The notes: a model not told the origin generated them from the sequence alone. Shown: positions 1-10,651, counted from the first letter of the stretch. The stretch is DNA of 64,000 nt from Pseudonocardiaceae bacterium (GCA_050700355.1 JBOHHE010000057.1:24163-88162); one strand, 5' to 3'. Made by a program: numbers and translations.

Positions 1-333
1 TCCGGCATTGCCGGGCAATCCAACCAAAGTACTTACGGCCCCGCCAAATTCGTCGCCTCCGGTTTGACGAAACACCTGGCGATCGAATGGGCGGGCGAGG
101 GCATCCGGGTGAACGCCGTCGCGCCGGGAACTATCCGCACCGACCGGGTGCGACGGCTACCCGACGAACCAGGCGGGGCCGCCTATCTCGCCGAGATCGA
201 GCTCAGGCATCCACTGGGCCGGATCGGCGAACCCGAGGAGGTCGCCAGCGCCATCGCCTTCCTCGCCTCGGACGACGCCTCCTTCATCACCGGCGCGGTG
301 CTCCCGGTCGACGGGGGGTACCTGGCTCAATAG
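1..333 (+). CDS. short-chain dehydrogenase/reductase, C-terminal part (5' end outside window)
   Basis: Frame 1 is open from the window edge. Translation SGIAGQSNQSTYGPAKFVASG...IRVNAVAPGTIRT has the SDR catalytic YxxxK (YGPAK) and NAVAPG motifs. Stop TAG at 331-333. Confidence 0.85.
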   Translation, partial: SGIAGQSNQSTYGPAKFVASGLTKHLAIEWAGEGIRVNAVAPGTIRTDRVRRLPDEPGGAAYLAEIELRHPLGRIGEPEEVASAIAFLASDDASFITGAVLPVDGGYLAQ

Positions 334-360
334 GGGTATGCGAAATAGGGGTATGCGAAT

Positions 361-657
361 TCAATGCGGGCGCAGACCATCGAGCAGCCGCGCCGGACAC
401 ACCCGCACCGGGAACGGCCGGGACGCGAGGGAGATCTCCTCGCCACTCACTTTCGCCGTCAGCTGGTACCGACCAGTCCGCAACACCATGTACAGGGTGA
501 GCGCCATCTCCTGGTGCGGCCAGCCCGGCACCGGGGTCACCAGCAGCATCCCGTCGATGAGCTCATACCGTCGGCCGTCATCGGGCATCGCCTCCAGATT
601 GCGCACCGTGAACGGGCGACCCTCGGCAAGTCCGATCGGTTCGGTTATGACCGTCAT
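361..657 (-). pseudogene. Uma2-family (DUF820) endonuclease remnant, internally deleted
   Basis: The N-terminus has the typical YELIDGMLLVTP motif and the C-terminus the typical PFPVRV..LLDGL tail. The product is only about 98 aa and lacks the central catalytic D..E.K region expected in roughly 190-aa Uma2 proteins. Confidence 0.5.
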
Positions 658-922
658 GGTCCCCCTCCTTTCTGTTCCCAGCCAGTGCGGGCACAAACCG
701 CCCGGGACGCCGGTCCCGAACGTGTGGCACCGTCACCAGACATCGTGAGCCCGAAAGAACCGACAACCCGAGCATGCGAATCTGAGGCCTCATTAGCAGT
801 TGAACAGCAGTGTGAGCAAGAGTGTGCACCCTTAATTCACACTCGTTGTCACGCTGGTTTTCTGTTGCCAGGCGGTTACGCTGCGGCGTCAAGGCAGCAG
901 GCAGATCTGGCATGGGGGTGGC

Positions 923-2353
923 ATGGCCCGGGAACCGGAAGAGCTCACCGAGTTGTGGCGGGCGTTGGGAGCGCAGCTGGTCACCTATCGGGTGGCGGCT
1001 GAGCTGACTCAAGGCCAGCTCGCCAAGACCGGCAACTACCACCCCAGCGCGGTGTGCCATATCGAGAAGGGCCGGGCCCACGGCACCGAGCGGTTCTGGA
1101 AACTCGCCGATGAGCGTTGCGGTGCGCAGGGAGCACTGCTGGACGCGTTCCGCACCGTGCAGGCAGCCAAGCACGATCACGAGGCGCGGGCCCGGAAAGC
1201 GCAACTTGAGCAGGCCAGGGCCAAGGCCGCGACGCTGCGCGCCAATGTCACCGAAGGTGCTGTTCCCGCTGGTAGGGTGGCCGGAGACGAGTGCCCCGGG
1301 ACCGCGGAGGACCAGGCGATGAGACGGCGCGAGGCGATCGGGCTGGCCGCGAGAATCACGGTGGGGGCGAGCCTGAGCCTTGCGGACCGGGCCGTGCTGG
1401 ACACCCCGCCTGGCGCGAGCCCGGTTCCGGCCCGGATCGGCAGGTCAGACGTTGCGCGAATCGCGGCGATGACCCGCGCTCTGATGGCTCAGGACAAGGC
1501 AATGGGCGGGGGTTCCTGCCGGGACGCTGTACTCGGCCACCTGCGCTGGGCGCTGCAACTGCGGAACGCAACCGCATCAGACCCCGTCCGGGCCGCCCTG
1601 AACGCGGAACTGGCTCGGCTGCAGAACCTGGCCGGCTGGACGTCGGCGGATCTGTGTCTGCCGCTCTCGGCGCAACGCTGCTACCTGCGGTCGCTGGAAT
1701 CAGCGCGGCTGGCGGGAGAGCCGCTGCTCGCCGCTCATGCGCTGGGGAACCTCGGCGACCTGTATCTGCAGGCCGAACACTTCCGGGAAGCATTGCAGAT
1801 CTTTCAGTTCGGCCCGATCCCCGCTCAGGATGCCAGTTCACCCGGTATGCTCGCCGGTCTTGCTCTCGATGAGGCATGGGCATACGCAGGTCTGGGCAAC
1901 GTCGATGAGATGCATCGCGCCCTGCGCCACGCTGGGGAGCACTACGACCGGGCTCAGCAGTCACCTGACGAATGGGTCAGCACCGCTGTGTTGCCCGACG
2001 ACTCCGACCTGCCCGCCGGCCGAGCCAATGCCTACTCCCAGCTCGCTAGCCATCACCCACGCTTCGCCGAGAACGCCGTCATCGAGATGACCGAGGCACT
2101 GACCCTTCGCGACCCCACCCGAGCCCGCGCGTTGCTATGGGGCCGGATCACGCTGGCCACCAACCAGTACCGCTACGGCGAAACCGGCCTCGCCAACACC
2201 ACCACCGAACTGGTGCTGGCGTCGGTGAGCCAGATCAGCTCCCGGCGTACCATCCGCGACCTGACTGACATGGGCGCTGCGATCCGCCGACACACCACCG
2301 ATTCCACCGCACTCGACCTCGCCCACCGCATCCACACCGACACCGCTGCCTGA
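923..2353 (+). CDS. XRE-type HTH regulator with C-terminal TPR-like helical domain
   Basis: N-terminal HTH (LTQGQLAKTGNYHPSAVCHIEKG) followed by a long alpha-helical repeat region. High GC3 frame. Confidence 0.7.
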   Translation: MAREPEELTELWRALGAQLVTYRVAAELTQGQLAKTGNYHPSAVCHIEKGRAHGTERFWKLADERCGAQGALLDAFRTVQAAKHDHEARARKAQLEQARAKAATLRANVTEGAVPAGRVAGDECPGTAEDQAMRRREAIGLAARITVGASLSLADRAVLDTPPGASPVPARIGRSDVARIAAMTRALMAQDKAMGGGSCRDAVLGHLRWALQLRNATASDPVRAALNAELARLQNLAGWTSADLCLPLSAQRCYLRSLESARLAGEPLLAAHALGNLGDLYLQAEHFREALQIFQFGPIPAQDASSPGMLAGLALDEAWAYAGLGNVDEMHRALRHAGEHYDRAQQSPDEWVSTAVLPDDSDLPAGRANAYSQLASHHPRFAENAVIEMTEALTLRDPTRARALLWGRITLATNQYRYGETGLANTTTELVLASVSQISSRRTIRDLTDMGAAIRRHTTDSTALDLAHRIHTDTAA

Positions 2354-2501
2354 GCTCAAGGCCGCCGTGCCGCGACACCAGGTTTCCGCGTAACGTCGTC
2401 GACAAGATCGGCAAGCAGCTGACCTGTATCCCGAGGGAGGAGTGGTGGCGATCAGGTCAGCGGGCTGGCCAGGGCAACGATGACAGCGCATTATCGAACA
2501 T

Positions 2502-2813
2502 GTGTTCGATTCTCGGCCGGAGCGGCTGCGCGGGTTCCCCAAGGTGTGGGTTGATCTGGCGTGCGTCGTCGACGATGCTCGCTCGCGCCCGTCGTGGGTC
2601 AACCCTCGGGGCTATGACATGTCGCTGATCGTGCCGGGCCTGCTGTTGATGCGACTGACGAGCGCACACGGCCGCCAGCTCGCTGTCGTGGAAACTCGCC
2701 TGCTGCGGGCCGATGGACGCCCCCCAGGGCTGCGGGTCACCCTCCTCGTCCCTGGCCATGCGGTGACGCCACGGATCGACGAGCCGGCCAGGCCGGAGCA
2801 ACCAGGGGAATGA
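2502..2813 (+). CDS. hypothetical protein (weak)
   Basis: 103-aa ORF whose third-codon positions are mostly G/C by hand inspection. No recognisable motif. Confidence 0.3.
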   Translation: MFDSRPERLRGFPKVWVDLACVVDDARSRPSWVNPRGYDMSLIVPGLLLMRLTSAHGRQLAVVETRLLRADGRPPGLRVTLLVPGHAVTPRIDEPARPEQPGE

Positions 2814-2858
2814 CTTCTCTCTTCTGGCGGTCGTTGGCCCGGTTGGCAGCTGAGTAGG

Positions 2859-3590
2859 GTGCCGGACGTGATGCACGACGACGAACTGCTCAGCCGGGTG
2901 CGGGAGCTGCGCGCGGCGGGACGTTCCCCCAAGGAAATCGCCAGAGCGCTGGGTGCGCGGCCGGCCACGATCGCGCCCTTGATCCGGGCCATCGCCAAGC
3001 AGGATGGTGCCGACGCACCGGAGTCTGCGCTGGTCGGCTGCTGGGTGAGCCCAGGCTGGAGCGCGGGCCTTACCATCGACGGGCACGACGAGTGGCCGGA
3101 CGTCACCTCGGCCGACCCTGGCATCAGTGGGCTCGCAGCTGTCGTCGTCGCCCGGCGACACCGCCCGCAACGAGTGGCGGTCTGCGGCTATCTCGTCGAT
3201 GTGTACTGCCTGGGGGTGAAGAACGCGCTCGGACCCAAAGTCATGAACGACCGCGACGTGCCCTCCTTCCGCGACATGTTCTTCGGCGGATTCGAGCATG
3301 CCGGAACCCCGGTCGAGGCACCGCTGGAGCTGGCCCGTCACCTGGTCTGGGGAGGTATCGACTACGCCCGAGGGCTCGGGTTCGAACCCCACCCCGACTT
3401 CCCAGCAGCAGCCGGTCATCTCGGGCCATGGCAGGAGAACAGTGCCATCACCTTCGGACGTGACGGCAAACCCTTGTACATCCAGGGCCCCCACGATAAC
3501 CCGGACCGAGTCATGCGCACCCTGACCAGATCCGTCGGCGGGGGGAACTTCGACTACAGCCTAGTGGTGGGGACCACGGCCAACTGGTGA
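2859..3590 (+). CDS. HTH-domain protein of unknown function
   Basis: N-terminal HTH-like segment (RSPKEIARALGARPATIAPLIRAI) followed by a conserved-looking globular domain. The overlapping 345-aa antisense ORF is judged a GC shadow. Confidence 0.6.
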   Translation: MPDVMHDDELLSRVRELRAAGRSPKEIARALGARPATIAPLIRAIAKQDGADAPESALVGCWVSPGWSAGLTIDGHDEWPDVTSADPGISGLAAVVVARRHRPQRVAVCGYLVDVYCLGVKNALGPKVMNDRDVPSFRDMFFGGFEHAGTPVEAPLELARHLVWGGIDYARGLGFEPHPDFPAAAGHLGPWQENSAITFGRDGKPLYIQGPHDNPDRVMRTLTRSVGGGNFDYSLVVGTTANW

Positions 3591-3601
3591 TCCACGGCTG
3601 A

Positions 3602-4273
3602 TTACCGCTTGACCCGAAGAACACCATCCTCGTTCGAGACTATACGCAGCGTATCGGGTTCGATATTCGGGTCGTCGAAGTGAATCACGATCTTATCGGG
3701 CCCCTTCGCCTTCCAGCGACCCGGCACTTCCACCAGGCCATCAGCTGGGCCGATATCATATCGGATGAATTCTCCGTCTCGTTTAATTTCGAATCCGTCC
3801 CTCCCACGGGCCGGTGGGAACTCGAAACCGAAAGGCCGGTACACGTTCACCCCCTCGGTATCTTCCTCGAAGGAATGAACCCAGCGCCGGAACAATGTCT
3901 GCTCGACAGGTTGCCCATCCGGCGGGATCACACGCTGCTCGGACCTCGTGGCGCCAATGACCTCGATACCCTCGGTGCCTATAATTCCATTGAGCGAGAT
4001 CGATACGGTATACGGCGCCGTGGCCGGCAGACCGAAACCCGGCAGACAACCGACCACCTCGATTCCCCAGTACTCCGGCTGACGGATGTAGACGAGCGGA
4101 ACGAGCTCGACCTTCATGTTCGAGTAGGGCTTTGTGCCCTTCACCACCAGAACAAACTGAGGCGGAAAGCTCTCCAAGATCAAAATCTCGACCGACTCGA
4201 AATCAATCAGACGACAGGACCCGGATGACGGTAGATCGTTGAATTCTCGCAGCCGACCCTCGCTCATGGTCAT
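3602..4273 (-). CDS. hypothetical protein, atypically low GC
   Basis: 223-aa ORF with balanced, non-repetitive composition. Codon usage is visibly richer in A/T-ending codons than its neighbours. No motif recognised. Confidence 0.6.
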   Translation of the reverse strand: MTMSEGRLREFNDLPSSGSCRLIDFESVEILILESFPPQFVLVVKGTKPYSNMKVELVPLVYIRQPEYWGIEVVGCLPGFGLPATAPYTVSISLNGIIGTEGIEVIGATRSEQRVIPPDGQPVEQTLFRRWVHSFEEDTEGVNVYRPFGFEFPPARGRDGFEIKRDGEFIRYDIGPADGLVEVPGRWKAKGPDKIVIHFDDPNIEPDTLRIVSNEDGVLRVKR

Positions 4274-4388
4274 ATCGAACTCCCCATCTGGACATCCTTT
4301 TTAAGGTATTGTTCGCTCGCTCACCGCCAGTGGCGAAGCCCTGCCGTACCGCCCTTGAGGTAACTAAAATTGCCCCAGAGGGCACTGG

Positions 4389-5594
4389 CTAGTCCTTGAG
4401 CAGGGCACGGGCCATGACCATGCGCTGAATCTGGTTGGTGCCCTCGTAGATCTGGGTGATCTTCGCGTCGCGCATCATGCGCTCCACCGGGAAATCTTGG
4501 GTGTAGCCGTAGCCGCCGAAGAGCTGCACGGCGTCGGTGGTCACCTCCATTGCCACGTCGGAGGCGAAGCATTTGGACGCCGAAGAGATGAAGCCGAGCT
4601 TGGCCTCGCCCCGTTCGGCGCGCGCGGCGGCGATATAAACGAGCTGGCGGGCGGCCTCGGTCTTCATCGCCATATCGGCCAGCATGAACTGGACTCCTTG
4701 AAAGTCACCGATCACGCGCCCGAACTGCTTGCGCTCCTTGACGTAGGCGATCGAGGCGTCCACCGCGCCCTGGGCGATGCCCACGGCCTGGGCACCGATC
4801 GTCGGGCGGGTGTGATCCAGGGTCGCCAGCGCGGTCTTGAAGCCGGTGCCGGGATCGCCGATGATCCGATCGGCCGGAATCGTGCAGTCCTCGAAGTAGA
4901 TCTCCCGAGTCGGGCTGCCCTTGATACCGAGTTTGCGTTCCTTGGCCCCGACCGAGAAACCCGGGTCGTCCTGGTGAACGATGAAGGCGCTGATCCCCCG
5001 GGTGCCCTGATCCGGATCGGTTACCGCCATCACGGTGTACCAGGCGGACTCCCCCGCGTTGGTGATCCAGCACTTCGTGCCGTTCAACACCCAGTGCTCG
5101 CCGTCGAGACGAGCTCTGGTCCGCATCGCTGCGGCGTCACTGCCCGCTTCCCGCTCCGACAGCGCATAGGAAGCCATCGCCGCGCCGGAAGCCACCGACG
5201 GCAGTACCTGCTTCTTCAAGCTCTCCGAGCCTGCCAGCAGTAGTCCCATCGTGGCCAGCTTGTTCACGGCCGGGATCAACGAGGACGAGGCGCACACCCG
5301 GGCCACCTCCTCGATCACGATGCAGGTCGCCACCGCGTCCGCCTCCTCACCGCCATAGGCGTCCGGTATGTGCACCGCGTGGAAGCCCGAGCGCACCATG
5401 GCCGCTCGGGCTTCTTCCGGAAACCGTGCCTGCTCGTCGACACTCGCGGCGTGCGGAGCGATCTCCTTCTCGGCCATGGCCCGCACCGCCTCCCGCAGGG
5501 CATCGTGCTCCGCACCGAGCTGGTACAGGTCGAAGTCGGGGTTCACGGCACACCTCCGGAGGGTCGAGCGGTTAATGAATGCTAACTCGGCCAT
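4389..5594 (-). CDS. acyl-CoA dehydrogenase (FadE25-like)
   Basis: Full-length ACAD architecture ending in ...IYEGTNQIQRMVMARALL. Its position next to purE/purK matches mycobacteria. The true start may be the GTG at 5546. Confidence 0.9.
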   Translation of the reverse strand: MAELAFINRSTLRRCAVNPDFDLYQLGAEHDALREAVRAMAEKEIAPHAASVDEQARFPEEARAAMVRSGFHAVHIPDAYGGEEADAVATCIVIEEVARVCASSSLIPAVNKLATMGLLLAGSESLKKQVLPSVASGAAMASYALSEREAGSDAAAMRTRARLDGEHWVLNGTKCWITNAGESAWYTVMAVTDPDQGTRGISAFIVHQDDPGFSVGAKERKLGIKGSPTREIYFEDCTIPADRIIGDPGTGFKTALATLDHTRPTIGAQAVGIAQGAVDASIAYVKERKQFGRVIGDFQGVQFMLADMAMKTEAARQLVYIAAARAERGEAKLGFISSASKCFASDVAMEVTTDAVQLFGGYGYTQDFPVERMMRDAKITQIYEGTNQIQRMVMARALLKD

Positions 5595-5666
5595 CCGGGT
5601 GGCACCGTTACTGCATATAACGGCATCTCGCGCCGAGCGCGGCGGTGCGGCTGCGGCGTCGGCCGA

Positions 5667-6161
5667 TCAGTGCTGGAGCTCGGCACGCAGCGCGGCGTCG
5701 GCGCGCAGCACCCGCTCGGCGAGCTCACGCTGGAAGGCGGTCATCCGTGAACCCAGCGCCGGGTCGGCCACCGCGAGAATGCGCACCGCGAGCAAGCCGG
5801 CATTGCGACCCCCACCGACCGATACCGTCGCCACCGGCACGCCTGCGGGCATCTGCACGATGGAGAGCAGCGAGTCCAGCCCGTCCAGATGAGCCAGCGG
5901 AATCGGCACTCCAATCACCGGCAGCACGGTCGCCGAGGCCACCATGCCCGGCAGGTGCGCCGCGCCGCCGGCCCCCGCAATGATCACTTTCAGGCCGCGG
6001 GCCGCGGCCTGCTGAGCGTAGTCGAGCATCCTGGCCGGAGTGCGGTGCGCGGAGACCACCGACACCTCATGGGGCACGCCGAACTCGTCGAGGGTCTCGG
6101 CGGCGGCACGCAGTACCGGCCAGTCCGAATCGCTCCCCATGATCACGCCGACCAGACTCAT
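5667..6161 (-). CDS. purE: N5-carboxyaminoimidazole ribonucleotide mutase
   Basis: [12 protein letters not shown] and SAHRTP motifs. Overlaps the purK stop by 4 nt. Confidence 0.95.
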   Translation of the reverse strand: MSLVGVIMGSDSDWPVLRAAAETLDEFGVPHEVSVVSAHRTPARMLDYAQQAAARGLKVIIAGAGGAAHLPGMVASATVLPVIGVPIPLAHLDGLDSLLSIVQMPAGVPVATVSVGGGRNAGLLAVRILAVADPALGSRMTAFQRELAERVLRADAALRAELQH

Positions 6162-7396
6162 GGCCTCACATCAACCTTTCTGTCCACATCAGCATTTCCA
6201 TCCGCCTCCGGCCGGTCCGGCCACTGCCCGGTGGCCAGAAAGACGGCGGACCGCACGGCCATCTCGCGGACCGGCGTCAGCGCCTCCCCCAGCACCGTGA
6301 CGTGCCCGATCTTGCGCCCCGGGCGTTCCGCCTTGGCGTACAGGTGCACCTTCGCAGCCGGGTACCGGGCCATCAGATGGTGCACTCGCTCGTCCATCCT
6401 CATCCCGGAACCTCCGTCAGCGGGAACACCAGCGCTCAGCACATTGGCCATCACACAGATCGGGGCACGTGACCCGGTGGAGCCGAGCGGGTAATCCAGC
6501 ACGGCCCGCAGATGCTGCTCGAACTGCGAGGTCGTCGCGCCCTCGATGGTCCAGTGCCCGCTGTTGTGTGGGCGCATCGCCAGCTCGTTGACCAGCAGCT
6601 GCCCGGTAACGGTTTCGAACAGTTCGACGGCCAGCACGCCGACCACACCCAGCTTCCCGGCCACCCGCAGCGCCAGCTCCTGGGCGGCCTGGGCGAGTTC
6701 CTGGTCGAGGCCGGGTGCCGGAGCGAGCACCTGCACACAGATACCGTTGCGCTGCACGGTCTGCACCACCGGCCACGCCGCGCCCTGTCCGAACGGAGAT
6801 CGGGCCACCAGCGCGGCCAGTTCCCGGCGCATCGCCACGCATTTCTCGATCATCAACGGCGTACCCGCGGCGAGTAGTTCGGGGACCACGCGTTGTGCGC
6901 CTGCGGGGGTGTTGAGCATCCACACACCCCGCCCGTCATAACCACCACGCACCGCCTTGAGCACACTCGGCCAGCCGTGCTCGGCCCCGAACCGCACCGC
7001 GTCCTCGGGCCGGATCACCTCGCGGAAGGGCGGGACCGGCACATCCAAGCCAGCCAGCGTACGGCGCATCAGCAACTTGTCCTGCGCGTGCACCAGAGCG
7101 TCGGGACCCGGATGCACCTGAATGCCTTCGGCGACCAGGACCCGTAGGTGCTCGGCGGGGACGTGCTCGTGGTCGAAGGTCAGCGCGTCGCAGCCGACGG
7201 CGAAACTGCGCAATGCAGCTAGATCGTCGTGCCTGCCGAGAACCACGTCATGGGCCACCAACGCGGCGGGCTCATCGGGTTCGACTGCCAGTACCCGCAG
7301 GGACTGGCCCAGCGCTACAGCGGCCTGGTGGGTCATCCGGGCCAGCTGGCCGGCGCCCACCATGCCGACGACGGGAAGGCTGATGCAGGGAGCCAC
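6158..7396 (-). CDS. purK: N5-carboxyaminoimidazole ribonucleotide synthase
   Basis: [13 protein letters not shown]-terminus and an ATP-grasp body, immediately upstream of purE. The start is GTG at 7396 or ATG at 7363. Confidence 0.9.
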   Translation of the reverse strand: MAPCISLPVVGMVGAGQLARMTHQAAVALGQSLRVLAVEPDEPAALVAHDVVLGRHDDLAALRSFAVGCDALTFDHEHVPAEHLRVLVAEGIQVHPGPDALVHAQDKLLMRRTLAGLDVPVPPFREVIRPEDAVRFGAEHGWPSVLKAVRGGYDGRGVWMLNTPAGAQRVVPELLAAGTPLMIEKCVAMRRELAALVARSPFGQGAAWPVVQTVQRNGICVQVLAPAPGLDQELAQAAQELALRVAGKLGVVGVLAVELFETVTGQLLVNELAMRPHNSGHWTIEGATTSQFEQHLRAVLDYPLGSTGSRAPICVMANVLSAGVPADGGSGMRMDERVHHLMARYPAAKVHLYAKAERPGRKIGHVTVLGEALTPVREMAVRSAVFLATGQWPDRPEADGNADVDRKVDVRP

Positions 7397-7469
7397 GGAC
7401 GAACGATCCTACGGCGACCGTTGAGGGTGGTTGACTGAGCACCCGTGCCTGGTCGCTTAGACTGCCGCG

Positions 7470-7994
7470 ATGCCCGTGGTCGATGCCGTGCTTATCCGAA
7501 TCCCACAGCCCTATCGTGACATCGCGATCCGACACCGTGAGATGGTGAAATTCGCCTTGGTAGGCGGTACCGCCTACCTGGTGGACATCACGGTGTTCAC
7601 GATCCTCAAGACGACGGTGCTGGAGCCCAAACCGGTCACTGCCAAGATCATCGCAGTGTTGATCGCGACCATCGTGTCCTACCTGTTGAACCGGGAGTGG
7701 TCCTTCCGTACCCGCGGGGGCCGGGAACGGCATCACGAGGCCGGGCTGTTCTTCCTGGTCTGCGGAATCGGGCTGGTCATCAACACCATCCCACTGTGGA
7801 TCTCACGGTATGTGTTCCATCTTCAGGTGCCCGAGGTGAGCCTGTTCGCCCAAGAGATCGCCGACTTCGCCAGCGCCAACCTGATCGGCACCGTGCTGGC
7901 GATGGGGTTCCGGTGGTGGGCCTTCCGCAAGTACGTCTTCCCGAATGAGAACGTGCGGCGCCAGGATCCGATGCAAGAGCTCAGCCCGTCCTGA
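7470..7994 (+). CDS. GtrA-family membrane protein
   Basis: Four hydrophobic segments and a KFALVGGTAYLVD N-terminal motif. The gene slot is syntenic with Rv3277 (from memory). Confidence 0.8.
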   Translation: MPVVDAVLIRIPQPYRDIAIRHREMVKFALVGGTAYLVDITVFTILKTTVLEPKPVTAKIIAVLIATIVSYLLNREWSFRTRGGRERHHEAGLFFLVCGIGLVINTIPLWISRYVFHLQVPEVSLFAQEIADFASANLIGTVLAMGFRWWAFRKYVFPNENVRRQDPMQELSPS

Positions 7995-8005
7995 CCGATG
8001 GCGGC

Positions 8006-8806
8006 GTGGCAGTATCCGGGCCCGTGACCGAGCACAGCCCCGACCTCGCTCTCGCTCTCGCCTTGGCCGATGCCGCCGACGAGATCACCCTGAGCCGCGC
8101 AGGCGCAGGAGACCTGAAGATCGACCGCAAGCCGGACCGCACCCCGGTCACCGACGCAGACCTCGCGGTCGAAGACACCGTGCGAGCCATGCTGGCGAGG
8201 CAACGCCCCCAGGATGCAGTGCTCGGCGAGGAGCGCGGCGGGCCGTCCGACGCCAGCCGGACCTGGGTGCTGGATCCGATCGACGGAACGAAGAACTTCC
8301 TCCGTGGGGTGCCGATCTGGGCCACCCTCATCGCGCTCGTCGTCGACGATCGGCCGGTGGTCGGAGTCATCAGCGCACCGGCGCTGGGACGGCGCTGGTG
8401 GGCTGCCACCGGAGCGGGCGCCTATACCCAGGATGGGACCGGAGCTGCGCGAGCGATCACCGTATCCGGAGTGGGCGAGCTGGCCGACGCCTACGTCTCC
8501 ACCACGCATCTGGGTAGTTGGGTGGAGCACCACGACCGGAACTCCTACCTGGCGCTGGTGGACGCCTGCTGGGAGAACCGCGCCTTCGGTGACTTCTGGC
8601 AGCACTGCCTGGTCGCCGAGGGAGCGATCGACCTCGCCGCCGAGCCGATCGTCAATCCTTGGGATGTGGCCGCCGTGCAGATCCTGGTGGAGCAGGCCGG
8701 TGGGCGATTCACCGACCTGGTCGGCGTCCCCCGCTACCACCGCGGCACCGCTTTATCCTCCAACGGCCTGCTGCACGACGCCGCGCTGAGCTTATTGCAG
8801 CGATGA
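8006..8806 (+). CDS. hisN: inositol-monophosphatase-family protein, HisN-like histidinol-phosphatase
   Basis: KPDRTPVTDADLAVE and WVLDPIDGTKNF motifs typical of actinobacterial HisN and the IMPase fold. Confidence 0.7.
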   Translation: MAVSGPVTEHSPDLALALALADAADEITLSRAGAGDLKIDRKPDRTPVTDADLAVEDTVRAMLARQRPQDAVLGEERGGPSDASRTWVLDPIDGTKNFLRGVPIWATLIALVVDDRPVVGVISAPALGRRWWAATGAGAYTQDGTGAARAITVSGVGELADAYVSTTHLGSWVEHHDRNSYLALVDACWENRAFGDFWQHCLVAEGAIDLAAEPIVNPWDVAAVQILVEQAGGRFTDLVGVPRYHRGTALSSNGLLHDAALSLLQR

Positions 8807-8909
8807 GCGGACAGCTTCCGAACAGAGAACACGCCCACATCGGCAAGGTTTCGGCGATGAGCACGGTCTATCGTGCGTCGTCCGTAACACAATTCAGCCA
8901 AGCGTCAAT

Positions 8910-10382
8910 CTAGTGTCGAGCACTGCGGGTGAGAAAGACGGTGATTCGCTCGTCCAGCTCCCGCAGGTGCGGTGATCGGCTGCGCAGTGCTCGGACCTGG
9001 CGTTGCAGGGTGCGCAGCCGGTCGTGGGTACGGGTGGAGCTGACGTCGGCGGCGGTGCGCAGCGCGGCTCGACCTGCCGCGGCGGCCTGCTCCAGGTCGT
9101 TGCCCAGCAGGTGGATGCCGGCGAGGTCGGTCTGGGCGAAGCAGCGGGCGCGGGCTCGCCAGGGCTCGTAACCGTCCACTGCGGCGGTGGTCAGCTTGAT
9201 GGCCTGCTCGGCCTCACCGAGGTCACCCAGACAACGGCCGATGTCCGCAGTGAACGCGGCTTCGGTATAGAGACCCAGCCACGGCGGCTCATCGTCGGGG
9301 CGTAGTGACTCGTAGGACCGCTGGGCCGCCAGCACCGCACGCTGTGCCTCACGTGAGTCGCCGACCAGAGCAAGACCGCGTGCCTCCATCGCGTGCAGCA
9401 CGGTTGCCAACACCGGGGTCGCCGTGCCCTGGGTGACGGCCAGCCCGGCCCGGGCCAGGGCTGCAGCCTGACGCCCGTGCCGGAGCCTGTCATGCTCGGT
9501 GAGCGCGTTCTGCCCGACCTGCAGCGTCATGCGGCTCATCGAGCCCAGCACGTTGGCGGCAAAGAGCCGGTCCCCCGCCGCCATCGCCAGATCGAGCGCC
9601 TGGATATAGTAGCGCTGCGCCAGCGAGTGCCTACCCACATCACCCGACGCCAAGCCGGCCAGGTCGGCAGCCTGCGCGACGCCGATCAGCAGGGGCTTGC
9701 CGGTCTTGGCCGTGTAGGTGGCGTGCAGCAGCTGGTTAGCCTCCCGGTGCAGCAGCGATACCACCTGCTCGCGCACCCGCCCCGAGCCGTAACGGTAATC
9801 GAGCTGGCGCAGCTGGGTTACCTGCTCGGTGAGGATCTGCACCTCGGCCATGCCCACCCGCTTACCCCCAGCGCGCGCCGTGTTCTGAACCGGCGGCACC
9901 GTCAGGGCCAACAGCGCGGGCTCGGCGAAAGCCCCCGCCGCGAACACAGAGCCCAGCAAAAGCTTGCGACGGCGCATATCACGTCCTGACAGCTCGACGA
10001 TCGTACGGATCGTGCCGTCCAGTGTCCCAGCAGGGCGCAACCCGTCATAACGATCGTCCTCGGCCGGTGAACGGTCCACAAACCCGCACTCGGTGATGGT
10101 GATCTCCTGGTGCAGCCGCCGGGACAGCACCTTGGCCACCAACCGGGGTATCGGCCAGTGCGGCTGACAGCCTTCCAGCATTCGCCGCACCGCGGTCGTG
10201 TTCGTCCCGACGTGGATCCCTTCCTCCGCAGCCGTCGTGACCACCGCGCGGGCCAGCCCGGCATTACTCATCTCCCCCTCCTCCAACAACGCCCGCAACG
10301 CGATATTGCCCCTCGCCCCACCCTTACCGTCCATGACATTCCCATTCCGGTAGCCGTCCTCTGACGAAACGCCGCCGATCAT
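8910..10382 (-). CDS. XRE-type regulator with TPR-like domain (paralogue class of 923-2353)
   Basis: N-terminal HTH-like region (MSNAGLARAVV...), one central hydrophobic segment and a long helical-repeat C-terminus. Confidence 0.7.
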   Translation of the reverse strand: MIGGVSSEDGYRNGNVMDGKGGARGNIALRALLEEGEMSNAGLARAVVTTAAEEGIHVGTNTTAVRRMLEGCQPHWPIPRLVAKVLSRRLHQEITITECGFVDRSPAEDDRYDGLRPAGTLDGTIRTIVELSGRDMRRRKLLLGSVFAAGAFAEPALLALTVPPVQNTARAGGKRVGMAEVQILTEQVTQLRQLDYRYGSGRVREQVVSLLHREANQLLHATYTAKTGKPLLIGVAQAADLAGLASGDVGRHSLAQRYYIQALDLAMAAGDRLFAANVLGSMSRMTLQVGQNALTEHDRLRHGRQAAALARAGLAVTQGTATPVLATVLHAMEARGLALVGDSREAQRAVLAAQRSYESLRPDDEPPWLGLYTEAAFTADIGRCLGDLGEAEQAIKLTTAAVDGYEPWRARARCFAQTDLAGIHLLGNDLEQAAAAGRAALRTAADVSSTRTHDRLRTLQRQVRALRSRSPHLRELDERITVFLTRSARH

Positions 10383-10651
10383 GGCCGATCACCGGACGCC
10401 GGGAAAAGCCAGCCACGCAAAGTGGGACCCCGGTGGGACCCCTGAACTCTGCCTGACCCGTGCACCCCTCACGCCGGCTACCACTGTGCTGAGCAGTCCG
10501 TTTCGCTGATGGCCACCGATCAGCACCACAGGAGGCGAGGGTCACCGCCACGCGGCCGAAATCCGCGACCGGGAGATGCTCAACGGCCAGCTGATCAGCA
10601 CCCTGTGCAGACAGCGCCTGAAAGGGGCGCCCCCAGCGGGCTACTCGTCAG

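Noticed and set aside
3378-3390. gggttcgaacccc, which resembles a tRNA T-arm/T-loop
   Set aside because: The flanking bases do not form a T-stem or an acceptor stem. The sequence lies inside a coding frame (GLGFEPHPD).
2457-3494. 345-aa minus-strand ORF overlapping the 2859-3590 gene
   Set aside because: The translation is Arg/Pro/Gly-rich with no motif, as expected for an antisense shadow ORF in ~70% GC DNA. The + strand product has an HTH and balanced composition.
10623-10632. ggggcgcccc palindrome downstream of the P450 gene, considered as a terminator
   Set aside because: It is a 10-bp self-complementary run with no loop, which is very common by chance in GC-rich DNA.
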